Below are positions 27,399 through 41,400 of a stretch of DNA of 64,000 nucleotides, in pieces. Position numbers and translations under genes: made by a program. Position 1 is the first letter of the stretch, and the number at the start of each line of letters is the position of its first letter. The notes under the pieces were generated by a model that saw nothing but the letters and a program-made list of their open reading frames with translations, did not search any database and had not been told where the DNA came from. The stretch comes from Auanema rhodensis (taxonomy: Eukaryota > Animalia > Nematoda). The stretch lies in the NCBI GenBank assembly GCA_964057225.1, contig OZ059897.1, positions 19,158,001 to 19,222,000 on the forward strand, in the 5' to 3' direction.

Positions 27399-30206
27399 AC
27401 ACAGATCGACGCAGCTTGAAAATCCGCATCGAATGCACTATACTACATTGAGAAACGCTTAATACAAAAATTAGTTATGATCGTTTGAAAAATGATGCAT
27501 TAGTGTATGTTGAGTTTCCATGTACACTCAACATTGCTTCCAAAAACATTTTGACAAAAATTTTTTCGAAAAATTTCAAAATAATTCAGCAAAAAGTAGA
27601 TGTTTTTAGATTCCATTTTTCAAGGCAAAGACGATGGACAATGTTATTCAACGAAAAAATTAATTCTTCAGGGTGAAAATCGAGGATATAAGTGTAAACT
27701 TATATCAGTTGATATCTCGGTGCATTTTTAAGCTAGCGCAAATCTGATAACACAGATCGACGCAGCTTAAAAATCCGCATCGAATGCACTATACTACATT
27801 GAGAAACGCTTAATACAAAAATTAGTTATGATCGTTTGAAAAATGATGCATTAGTGTATGTTGAGTTTCCATGTACACTCAACATTGCTTCCAAAAACAT
27901 TTTGACAAAAATTTTTTCGAAAAATTTCAGAATAATTTAGCAAAAAGTAGATGTTTTTAGATTCCATTTTTCAAGGCAAAGACGATGGACAATGTTATTC
28001 AACGAAAAAATTAATTCTTCAGGGTGAAAATCGAGGATATAAGTGTGAACTTATATCAGTTGATATCTCGGTGCATTTTTAAGCTAGCGCAAATCTGATA
28101 ACACAGATCGACGCAGCTTAAAAATCCGCATCGAATGCACTATACTACATTGAGAAACGCTTAATACAAAAATTAGTTATGATCGTTTGAAAAATGATGC
28201 ATTAGTGTATGTTGAGTTTCCATGTACACTCAACATTGCTTCCAAAAACATTTTGACAAAAATTTTTTCGAAAAATTTCAGAATAATTTAGCAAAAAGTA
28301 GATGTTTTTAGATTCCATTTTTCAAGGCAAAGACGATGGACAATGTTATTCAACGAAAAAATTAATTCTTCAGGGTGAAAATCGAGGATATAAGTGTGAA
28401 CTTATATCAGTTGATATCTCGGTGCATTTTTAAGCTAGCGCAAATCTGATAACACAGATCGACGCAGCTTAAAAATCCGGATCGAATGCACTATACTACA
28501 TTGAAGAACGCTTAATACAAAAATTAGTTATGATCGTTTGAAAAATGATGCATTAGTGTATGTTGAGTTTCCATGTACACTCAACATTGCTTCCAAAAAC
28601 ATTTTGACAAAAATTTTTTCGAAAAATTTCAGAATAATTTAGCAAAAAGTAGATGTTTTTAGATTCCATTTTTCAAGGCAAAGACGATGGACAATGTTAT
28701 TCAACGAAAAAATTAATTCTTCAGGGTGAAAATCGAGGATATAAGTGTGAACTTATATCAGTTGATATCTCGGTGCATTTTTAAGCTAGCGCAAATCTGA
28801 TAACACAGATCGACGCAGCTTGAAAATCCGCATCGAATGCACTATACTACATTGAGAAACGCTTAATACAAAAATTAGTTATGATCGTTTGAAAAATGAT
28901 GCATTAGTGTATGTTGAGTTTCCATGTACACTCAACATTGCTTCCAAAAACATTTTGACAAAAATTTTTTCGAAAAATTTCAAAATAATTCAGCAAAAAG
29001 TAGATGTTTTTAGATTCCATTTTTCAAGGCAAAGACGATGGACAATGTTATTCAACGAAAAAATTAATTCTTCAGGGTGAAAATCGAGGATATAAGTGTA
29101 AACTTATATCAGTTGATATCTCGGTGCATTTTTAAGCTAGCGCAAATCTGATAACACAGATCGACGCAGCTTAAAAATCCGCATCGAATGCACTATACTA
29201 CATTGAGAAACGCTTAATACAAAAATTAGTTATGATCGTTTGAAAAATGATGCATTAGTGTATGTTGAGTTTCCATGTACACTCAACATTGCTTCCAAAA
29301 ACATTTTGACAAAAATTTTTTCGAAAAATTTCAGAATAATTTAGCAAAAAGTAGATGTTTTTAGATTCCATTTTTCAAGGCAAAGACGATGGACAATGTT
29401 ATTCAACGAAAAAATTAATTCTTCAGGGTGAAAATCGAGGATATAAGTGTGAACTTATATCAGTTGATATCTCGGTGCATTTTTAAGCTAGCGCAAATCT
29501 GATAACACAGATCGACGCAGCTTAAAAATCCGCATCGAATGCACTATACTACATTGAGAAACGCTTAATACAAAAATTAGTTATGATCGTTTGAAAAATG
29601 ATGCATTAGTGTATGTTGAGTTTCCATGTACACTCAACATTGCTTCCAAAAACATTTTGACAAAAATTTTTTCGAAAAATTTCAGAATAATTTAGCAAAA
29701 AGTAGATGTTTTTAGATTCCATTTTTCAAGGCAAAGACGATGGACAATGTTATTCAACGAAAAAATTAATTCTTCAGGGTGAAAATCGAGGATATAAGTG
29801 TGAACTTATATCAGTTGATATCTCGGTGCATTTTTAAGCTAGCGCAAATCTGATAACACAGATCGACGCAGCTTAAAAATCCGGATCGAATGCACTATAC
29901 TACATTGAAGAACGCTTAATACAAAAATTAGTTATGATCGTTTGAAAAATGATGCATTAGTGTATGTTGAGTTTCCATGTACACTCAACATTGCTTCCAA
30001 AAACATTTTGACAAAAATTTTTTCGAAAAATTTCAGAATAATTTAGCAAAAAGTAGATGTTTTTAGATTCCATTTTTCAAGGCAAAGACGATGGACAATG
30101 TTATTCAACGAAAAAATTAATTCTTCAGGGTGAAAATCGAGGATATAAGTGTGAACTTATATCAGTTGATATCTCGGTGCATTTTTAAGCTAGCGCAAAT
30201 CTGATA
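27399..30206. repeat. Local higher-order repeat: two copies of a 4-monomer unit (1404 bp)
   Basis: The order cttg+ttcag+gtaaac / cagaat / cagaat / ccgg+gaagaac+cagaat is repeated. ORFs 27485 and 28889 are 1404 bp apart. Confidence 0.9.
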
Positions 30207-32664
30207 ACACAGATCGACGCAGCTTAAAAATCCGGATCGAATGCACTATACTACATTAAGAAACGCTTGATACAAAAATTAGTTATGATCGTTTGAAAAA
30301 TGATGCATTAGTGTATGTTGAGTTTCCATGTACACTCAACATTGCTTCCAAAAACATTTTGACAAAAATTTTTTCGAAAAATTTCAAAATAATTTAGCAA
30401 AAAGTAGAAGTTTTTAGATTCCTTTTTCCAAGGCAAAGACGATGGACAATGTTATTCAACGAAAAAATTAATTCTTCAGGGTGAAAATCGAGGATATAAG
30501 TGTGAACTTATATCAGTTGATATCTCGGTGCATTTTTAAGCTAGCGCAAATCTGATAACACAGATCGACGCAGCTTGAAAATCCGCATCGAATGCACTAT
30601 ACTACATTAAGAAACGCTTGATACAAAAATTAGTTATGATCGTTTGAAAAATGATGCATTAGTGTATGTTGAGTTTCCATGTACACTCAACATTGCTTCC
30701 AAAAACATTTTGACAAAAATTTTTTCGAAAAATTTCAAAATAATTTAGCAAAAAGTAGAAGTTTTTAGATTCCTTTTTCCAAGGCAAAGACGATGGACAA
30801 TGTTATTCAACGAAAAAATTAATTCTTCAGGGTGAAAATCGAGGATATAAGTGTGAACTTATAAAAGTTGATATCTCGGTGCATTTTTAAGCTAGCGCAA
30901 ATCTGATAACACAGATCGACGCAGCTTAAAAATCCGCATCGAATGCACTATAGTACATTGAGAAACGCTTAATACAAAAATTAGTTATGATCGTTTGAAA
31001 AATGATGCATTAGTGTATGTTGAGTTTTCATGTACACTCAACATTGCTTCCAAAAACATTTTGACAAAAATTTTTTCGAAAAATTTCAAAATAATTTAGC
31101 AAAAAGTAGAAGTTTTTAGATTCCTTTTTCCAAGGCAAAGACGATGGACAATGTTATTCAACGAAAAAATTAATTCTTCAGGGTGAAAATCGAGGATATA
31201 AGTGTGAACTTATATCAGTTGATATCTCGGTGCATTTTTAAGCTAGCGCAAATCTGATAACACAGATCGACGCAGCTTGAAAATCCGCATCGAATGCACT
31301 ATACTACATTAAGGAACGCTTGATACAAAAATTAGTTATGATCGTTTGAAAAATGATGCATTAGTGTATGTTGAGTTTCCATGTACACTCAACATTGCTT
31401 CCAAAAACATTTTGACAAAAATTTTTTCGAAAAATTTCAAAATAATTTAGCAAAAAGTAGAAGTTTTTAGATTCCTTTTTCCAAGGCAAAGACGATGGAC
31501 AATGTTATTCAACGAAAAAATTAATTCTTCAGGGTGAAAATCGAGGATATAAGTGTGAACTTATATCAGTTGATATCTCGGTGCATTTTTAAGCTAGCGC
31601 AAATCTGATAACACAGATCGACGCAGCTTAAAAATCCGGATCGAATGCACTATACTACATTAAGAAACGCTTGATACAAAAATTAGTTATGATCGTTTGA
31701 AAAATGATGCATTAGTGTATGTTGAGTTTCCATGTACACTCAACATTGCTTCCAAAAACATTTTGACAAAAATTTTTTCGAAAAATTTCAAAATAATTTA
31801 GCAAAAAGTAGATGTTTTTAGATTCCTTTTTTCAAGGCAAAGACGATGGACAATGTTATTCAACGAAAAAAATTAATTCTTCAGGGTGAAAATCGGGTAT
31901 ATATGTGTGTACTTATATCAGTTGATATCTCGGTGCATTTTTAAGCTAGCGCAAATCTGATAACACAGATCGACGCAGCTTCAAAATCCGCATCGAATGC
32001 ACTATACTACATTGAGAAACACTTGATACAAAAATTAGTTATGATCGTTTGAAAAATGATGCATTAGTGTATGTTGAGTTTCCATGTACACTCAACATTG
32101 CTTCCAAAAACATTTTGACAAAAATTTTTTCGAAAAATTTCAAAATAATTCAGCAAAAAGTAGATGTTTTTAGATTCCATTTTTTAAGGCAAAGACGATG
32201 GACAATGTTATTCAACGAAAAAATTAATTCTTCAGGGTGAAAATCGAGGATATAAGTGTGAACTTATAAAAGTTGATATCTCGGTGCATTTTTAAGCTAG
32301 CGCAAATCTGATAACACAGATCGACGCAGCTTAAAAATCCGCATCGAATGCACTATACTACATTGAGAAACGCTTGATACAAAAATTAGTTATAATCGTT
32401 TGAAAAATGATGCATTAGTGTATGTTGAGTTTCCATGTACACTCAACATTGCTTCCAAAAACATTTTGACAAAAATTTTTTCGAAAAATTTCAAAATAAT
32501 TTAGCAAAAAGTAGATGTTTTTAGATTTCATTTTTCAAGGCAAAGACGATGGACAATGTTATTCAACGAAAAAATTAATTCTTCAGGGTGAAAATCGAGG
32601 ATATAAGTGTGAACTTATAAAAGTTGATATCTCGGTGCATTTTTAAGCTAGCGCAAATCTGATA

Positions 32665-35474
32665 ACACAGATCGACGCAGCTTAAAAATCCGCATCGAAT
32701 GCACTATACTACATTGAGAAACGCTTAATACAAAAATTAGTTATGATCGTTTGAAAAATGATGCATTAGTGTATGTTGAGTTTCCATGTACACTCAACAT
32801 TGCTTCCAAAAACATTTTGACAAAAATTTTTTCGAAAAATTTCAAAATAATTTAGCAAAAAGTAGATGTTTTTAGATTCCTTTTTTCAAGGCAAAGACGA
32901 TGGACAATGTTATTCAACGAAAAAAATTAATTCTTCAGGGTGAAAATCGGGTATATATGTGTGTACTTATATCAGTTGATATCTCGGTGCATTTTTAAGC
33001 TAGCGCAAATCTGATAACACAAATCGACGCAGCTTAAAAATCCGCATCGAATGCACTATACTACATTGAGAAACACTTGATACAAAAATTAGTTATGATC
33101 GTTTGAAAAATGATGCATTAGTGTATGTTGAGTTTCCATTTACACTCAACATTGCTTCCAAAAACATTTTGACAAAAATTTTTTCGAAAAATTTCAAAAT
33201 AATTCAGCAAAAAGTAGATGTTTTTAGATTCCATTTTTCAAGGCAAAGACGATGGACAATGTTATTCAACGAAAAAATTAATTCTTCAGGGTGAAAATCG
33301 AGGATATAAGTGTGAACTTATAAAAGTTGATATCTCGGTGCATTTTTAAGCTAGCGCAAATCTGATAACACAGATCGACGCAGCTTAAAAATCCGCATCG
33401 AATGCACTATACTACATTGAGAAACGCTTGATACAAAAATTAGTTATAATCGTTTGAAAAATGATGCATTAGTGTATGTTGAGTTTCCATGTACACTCAA
33501 CATTGCTTCCAAAAACATTTTGACAAAAATTTTTTCGAAAAATTTCAAAATAATTTAGCAAAAAGTAGATGTTTTTAGATTTCATTTTTCAAGGCAAAGA
33601 CGATGGACAATGTTATTCAACGAAAAAATTAATTCTTCAGGGTGAAAATCGAGGATATAAGTGTGAACTTATAAAAGTTGATATCTCGGTGCATTTTTAA
33701 GCTAGCGCAAATCTGATAACACAGATCGACGCAGCTTAAAAATCCGCATCGAATGCACTATACTACATTGAGAAACGCTTGATACAAAAATTAGTTCTGA
33801 TGGTTTGAAAAATGATGCATTAGTGTATGTTGAGTTTCCATGTACACTCAACATTGCTTCCAAAAACATTTTGACAAAAATTTTTTCGAAAAATTTCAGA
33901 ATAATTTAGCAAAAAGTAGATGTTTTTAGATTCCATTTTTCAAGGCAAAGACGATGGACAATGTTATTCAACGAAAAAATTAATTCTTCAGGGTGAAAAT
34001 CGAGGATATAAGTGTGAACTTATATCAGTTGATATCTCGGTGCATTTTTAAGCTAGCGCAAATCTGATAACACAGATCGACGCAGCTTAAAAATCCGGAT
34101 CGAATGCACTACACTACATTGAAGAACGCTTAATACAAAAATTAGTTATGATCGTTTGAAAAATGATGCATTAGTGTATGTTGAGTTTCCATGTACACTC
34201 AACATTGCTTCCAAAAACATTTTGACAAAAATTTTTTCGAAAAATTTCAAAATAATTCAGCAAAAAGTAGATGTTTTTAGATTCCTTTTTTCAAGGCAAA
34301 GACGATGGACAATGTTATTCAACGAAAAAAATTAATTCTTCAGGGTGAAAATCGGGTATATATGTGTGTACTTATATCAGTTGATATCTCGGTGCATTTT
34401 TAAGCTAGCGCAAATCTGATAACACAGATCGACGCAGCTTAAAAATCCGCATCGAATGCACTATACTACATTGAGAAACACTTGATACAAAAATTAGTTA
34501 TGATCGTTTGAAAAATGATGCATTAGTGTATGTTGAGTTTCCATTTACACTCAACATTGCTTCCAAAAACATTTTGACAAAAATTTTTTCGAAAAATTTC
34601 AAAATAATTCAGCAAAAAGTAGATGTTTTTAGATTCCATTTTTCAAGGCAAAGACGATGGACAATGTTATTCAACGAAAAAATTAATTCTTCAGGGTGAA
34701 AATCGAGGATATAAGTGTGAACTTATAAAAGTTGATATCTCGGTGCATTTTTAAGCTAGCGCAAATCTGATAACACAGATCGACGCAGCTTAAAAATCCG
34801 CATCGAATGCACTTTACTACATTGAGAAACGCTTGATACAAAAATTAGTTATAATCGTTTGAAAAATGATGCATTAGTGTATGTTGAGTTTCCATGTACA
34901 CTCAACATTGCTTCCAAAAACATTTTGACAAAAATTTTTTCGAAAAATTTCAAAATAATTTAGCAAAAAGTAGATGTTTTTAGATTTCATTTTTCAAGGC
35001 AAAGACGATGGACAATGTTATTCAACGAAAAAATTAATTCTTCAGGGTGAAAATCGAGGATATAAGTGTGAACTTATAAAAGTTGATATCTCGGTGCATT
35101 TTTAAGCTAGCGCAAATCTGATAACACAGATCGACGCAGCTTAAAAATCCGCATCGAATGCACTATACTACATTGAGAAACGCTTGATACAAAAATTAGT
35201 TCTGATGGTTTGAAAAATGATGCATTAGTGTATGTTGAGTTTCCATGTACACTCAACATTGCTTCCAAAAACATTTTGACAAAAATTTTTTCGAAAAATT
35301 TCAGAATAATTTAGCAAAAAGTAGATGTTTTTAGATTCCATTTTTCAAGGCAAAGACGATGGACAATGTTATTCAACGAAAAAATTAATTCTTCAGGGTG
35401 AAAATCGAGGATATAAGTGTGAACTTATATCAGTTGATATCTCGGTGCATTTTTAAGCTAGCGCAAATCTGATA
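32665..35474. repeat. Local higher-order repeat: two copies of a 4-monomer unit (1405 bp)
   Basis: The order gggtatatat / acac+cattta+ttcag / ttataat / ttctgatgg is repeated. ORFs 33103 and 34508 are 1405 bp apart. The monomer at 34070 is chimeric. Confidence 0.82.
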
Positions 35475-38400
35475 ACACAGATCGACGCAGCTTAAAAATC
35501 CGGATCGAATGCACTATACTACATTGAAGAACGCTTAATACAAAAATTAGTTATGATCGTTTGAAAAATGATGCATTAGTGTATGTTGAGTTTCCATGTA
35601 CACTCAACATTGCTTCCAAAAACATTTTGACAAAAATTTTTTCGAAAAATTTCAAAATAATTTAGCAAAAAGTAGATGTTTTTAGATTCCATTTTTCAAG
35701 GCAAAGACGATGGACAATGTTATTCAACGAAAAAATTAATTCTTCAGGGTGAAAATCGAGGATATAAGTGTGAACTTATATCAGTTGATATCTCGGTGCA
35801 TTTTTAAGCTAGCGCAAATCTGATAACACAGATCGACGCAGCTTAAAAATCCGGATCGAATGCACTATACTACATTAAGAAACGCTTGATACAAAAATTA
35901 GTTATGATCGTTTGAAAAATGATGCATTAGTGTATGTTGAGTTTCCATGTACACTCAACATTGCTTCCAAAAACATTTTGACAAAAATTTTTTCGAAAAA
36001 TTTCAAAATAATTTAGCAAAAAGTAGAAGTTTTTAGATTCCTTTTTTCAAGGCAAAGACGATGGACAATGTTATTCAACGAAAAAATTAATTCTTCAGGG
36101 TGAAAATCGAGGATATAAGTGTGAACTTATATCAGTTGATATCTCGGTGCATTTTTAAGCTAGCGCAAATCTGATAACACAGATCGACGCAGCTTGAAAA
36201 TCCGCATCGAATGCACTATACTACATTGAGAAACGCTTAATACAAAAATTAGTTATGATCGTTTGAAAAATGATGCATTAGTGTATGTTGAGTTTCCATG
36301 TACACTCAACATTGCTTCCAAAAACATTTTGGACAAAAATTTTTTCGAAAAATTTCAAAATAATTTAGCAAAAAGTAGATGTTTTTAGATTCCATTTTTC
36401 AAGGCAAAGACGATGGACAATGTTATTCAACGAAAAAATTAATTCTTCAGGGTGAAAATCGAGGATATAAGTGTAAACTTATATCAGTTGATATCTCGGT
36501 GCATTTTTAAGCTAGCGCAAATCTGATAACACAGATCGACGCAGCTTAAAAATCCGCATCGAATGCACTATACTACATTGAGAAACGCTTAATACAAAAA
36601 TTAGTTATGATCGTTTGAAAAATGATGCATTAGTGTATGTTGAGTTTCCATGTACACTCAACATTGCTTCCAAAAACATTTTGACAAAAATTTTTTCGAA
36701 AAATTTCAGAATAATTTAGCAAAAAGTAGATGTTTTTAGATTCCATTTTTCAAGGCAAAGACGATGGACAATGTTATTCAACGAAAAAATTAATTCTTCA
36801 GGGTGAAAATCGAGGATATAAGTGTGAACTTATATCAGTTGATATCTCGGTGCATTTTTAAGCTAGCGCAAATCTGATAACACAGATCGACGCAGCTTAA
36901 AAATCCGCATCGAATGCACTATACTACATTGAGAAACGCTTAATACAAAAATTAGTTATGATCGTTTGAAAAATGATGCATTAGTGTATGTTGAGTTTCC
37001 ATGTACACTCAACATTGCTTCCAAAAACATTTTGACAAAAATTTTTTCGAAAAATTTCAGAATAATTTAGCAAAAAGTAGATGTTTTTAGATTCCATTTT
37101 TCAAGGCAAAGACGATGGACAATGTTATTCAACGAAAAAATTAATTCTTCAGGGTGAAAATCGAGGATATAAGTGTGAACTTATATCAGTTGATATCTCG
37201 GTGCATTTTTAAGCTAGCGCAAATCTGATAACACAGATCGACGCAGCTTAAAAATCCGGATCGAATGCACTATACTACATTGAAGAACGCTTAATACAAA
37301 AATTAGTTATGATCGTTTGAAAAATGATGCATTAGTGTATGTTGAGTTTCCATGTACACTCAACATTGCTTCCAAAAACATTTTGACAAAAATTTTTTCG
37401 AAAAATTTCAAAATAATTTAGCAAAAAGTAGATGTTTTTAGATTCCATTTTTCAAGGCAAAGACGATGGACAATGTTATTCAACGAAAAAATTAATTCTT
37501 CAGGGTGAAAATCGAGGATATAAGTGTGAACTTATATCAGTTGATATCTCGGTGCATTTTTAAGCTAGCGCAAATCTGATAACACAGATCGACGCAGCTT
37601 AAAAATCCGGATCGAATGCACTATACTACATTAAGAAACGCTTGATACAAAAATTAGTTATGATCGTTTGAAAAATGATGCATTAGTGTATGTTGAGTTT
37701 CCATGTACACTCAACATTGCTTCCAAAAACATTTTGACAAAAATTTTTTCGAAAAATTTCAAAATAATTTAGCAAAAAGTAGAAGTTTTTAGATTCCTTT
37801 TTTCAAGGCAAAGACGATGGACAATGTTATTCAACGAAAAAATTAATTCTTCAGGGTGAAAATCGAGGATATAAGTGTGAACTTATATCAGTTGATATCT
37901 CGGTGCATTTTTAAGCTAGCGCAAATCTGATAACACATATCGACGCAGCTTGAAAATCCGCATCGAATGCACTATACTACATTGAGAAACGCTTAATACA
38001 AAAATTAGTTATGATCGTTTGAAAAATGATGCATTAGTGTATGTTGAGTTTCCATGTACACTCAACATTGCTTCCAAAAACATTTTGGACAAAAATTTTT
38101 TCGAAAAATTTCAAAATAATTTAGCAAAAAGTAGATGTTTTTAGATTCCATTTTTCAAGGCAAAGACGATGGACAATGTTATTCAACGAAAAAATTAAAT
38201 CTTCAGGGTGAAAATCGAGGATATAAGTGTAAACTTATATCAGTTGATATCTCGGTGCATTTTTAAGCTAGCGCAAATCTGATAACACAGATCGACGCAG
38301 CTTAAAAATCCGCATCGAATGCACTATACTACATTGAGAAACGCTTAATACAAAAATTAGTTATGATCGTTTGAAAAATGATGCATTAGTGTATGTTGAG

Positions 38401-41400
38401 TTTCCATGTACACTCAACATTGCTTCCAAAAACATTTTGACAAAAATTTTTTCGAAAAATTTCAGAATAATTTAGCAAAAAGTAGATGTTTTTAGATTCC
38501 ATTTTTCAAGGCAAAGACGATGGACAATGTTATTCAACGAAAAAATTAATTCTTCAGGGTGAAAATCGAGGATATAAGTGTAAACTTATATCAGTTGATA
38601 TCTCGGTGCATTTTTAAGCTAGCGCAAATCTGATAACACAGATCGACGCAGCTTAAAAATCCGCATCGAATGCACTATACTACATTGAGAAACGCTTAAT
38701 ACAAAAATTAGTTATGATCGTTTGAAAAATGATGCATTAGTGTATGTTGAGTTTCCATGTACACTCAACATTGCTTCCAAAAACATTTTGACAAAAATTT
38801 TTTCGAAAAATTTCAGAATAATTTAGCAAAAAGTAGATGTTTTTAGATTCCATTTTTCAAGGCAAAGACGATGGACAATGTTATTCAACGAAAAAATTAA
38901 TTCTTCAGGGTGAAAATCGAGGATATAAGTGTGAACTTATATCAGTTGATATCTCGGTGCATTTTTAAGCTAGCGCAAATCTGATAACACAGATCGACGC
39001 AGCTTAAAAATCCGGATCGAATGCACTATACTACATTGAAGAACGCTTAATACAAAAATTAGTTATGATCGTTTGAAAAATGATGCATTAGTGTATGTTG
39101 AGTTTCCATGTACACTCAACATTGCTTCCAAAAACATTTTGACAAAAATTTTTTCGAAAAATTTCAGAATAATTTAGCAAAAAGTAGATGTTTTTAGATT
39201 CCATTTTTCAAGGCAAAGACGATGGACAATGTTATTCAACGAAAAAATTAATTCTTCAGGGTGAAAATCGAGGATATAAGTGTGAACTTATATCAGTTGA
39301 TATCTCGGTGCATTTTTAAGCTAGCGCAAATCTGATAACACAGATCGACGCAGCTTAAAAATCCGGATCGAATGCACTATACTACATTGAAGAACGCTTA
39401 ATACAAAAATTAGTTATGATCGTTTGAAAAATGATGCATTAGTGTATGTTGAGTTTCCATGTACACTCAACATTGCTTCCAAAAACATTTTGACAAAAAT
39501 TTTTTCGAAAAATTTCAAAATAATTTAGCAAAAAGTAGAAGTTTTTAGATTCCTTTTTTCAAGGCAAAGACGATGGACAATGTTATTCAACGAAAAAATT
39601 AATTCTTCAGGGTGAAAATCGAGGATATAAGTGTGAACTTATATCAGTTGATATCTCGGTGCATTTTTAAGCTAGCGCAAATCTGATAACACAGATCGAC
39701 GCAGCTTAAAAATCCGGATCGAATGCACTATACTACATTAAGAAACGCTTGATACAAAAATTAGTTATGATCGTTTGAAAAATGATGCATTAGTGTATGT
39801 TGAGTTTCCATGTACACTCAACATTGCTTCCAAAAACATTTTGACAAAAATTTTTTCGAAAAATTTCAAAATAATTTAGCAAAAAGTAGAAGTTTTTAGA
39901 TTCCTTTTTTCAAGGCAAAGACGATGGACAATGTTATTCAACGAAAAAATTAATTCTTCAGGGTGAAAATCGAGGATATAAGTGTGAACTTATATCAGTT
40001 GATATCTCGGTGCATTTTTAAGCTAGCGCAAATCTGATAACACATATCGACGCAGCTTGAAAATCCGCATCGAATGCACTATACTACATTGAGAAACGCT
40101 TAATACAAAAATTAGTTATGATCGTTTGAAAAATGATGCATTAGTGTATGTTGAGTTTCCATGTACACTCAACATTGCTTCCAAAAACATTTTGGACAAA
40201 AATTTTTTCGAAAAATTTCAAAATAATTTAGCAAAAAGTAGATGTTTTTAGATTCCATTTTTCAAGGCAAAGACGATGGACAATGTTATTCAACGAAAAA
40301 ATTAAATCTTCAGGGTGAAAATCGAGGATATAAGTGTAAACTTATATCAGTTGATATCTCGGTGCATTTTTAAGCTAGCGCAAATCTGATAACACAGATC
40401 GACGCAGCTTAAAAATCCGCATCGAATGCACTATACTACATTGAGAAACGCTTAATACAAAAATTAGTTATGATCGTTTGAAAAATGATGCATTAGTGTA
40501 TGTTGAGTTTCCATGTACACTCAACATTGCTTCCAAAAACATTTTGACAAAAATTTTTTCGAAAAATTTCAGAATAATTTAGCAAAAAGTAGATGTTTTT
40601 AGATTCCATTTTTCAAGGCAAAGACGATGGACAATGTTATTCAACGAAAAAATTAATTCTTCAGGGTGAAAATCGAGGATATAAGTGTGAACTTATATCA
40701 GTTGATATCTCGGTGCATTTTTAAGCTAGCGCAAATCTGATAACACAGATCGACGCAGCTTAAAAATCCGGATCGAATGCACTATACTACATTGAAGAAC
40801 GCTTAATACAAAAATTAGTTATGATCGTTTGAAAAATGATGCATTAGTGTATGTTGAGTTTCCATGTACACTCAACATTGCTTCCAAAAACATTTTGACA
40901 AAAATTTTTTCGAAAAATTTCAGAATAATTTAGCAAAAAGTAGATGTTTTTAGATTCCATTTTTCAAGGCAAAGACGATGGACAATGTTATTCAACGAAA
41001 AAATTAATTCTTCAGGGTGAAAATCGAGGATATAAGTGTGAACTTATATCAGTTGATATCTCGGTGCATTTTTAAGCTAGCGCAAATCTGATAACACAGA
41101 TCGACGCAGCTTAAAAATCCGGATCGAATGCACTATACTACATTGAAGAACGCTTAATACAAAAATTAGTTATGATCGTTTGAAAAATGATGCATTAGTG
41201 TATGTTGAGTTTCCATGTACACTCAACATTGCTTCCAAAAACATTTTGACAAAAATTTTTTCGAAAAATTTCAAAATAATTTAGCAAAAAGTAGAAGTTT
41301 TTAGATTCCTTTTTTCAAGGCAAAGACGATGGACAATGTTATTCAACGAAAAAATTAATTCTTCAGGGTGAAAATCGAGGATATAAGTGTGAACTTATAT

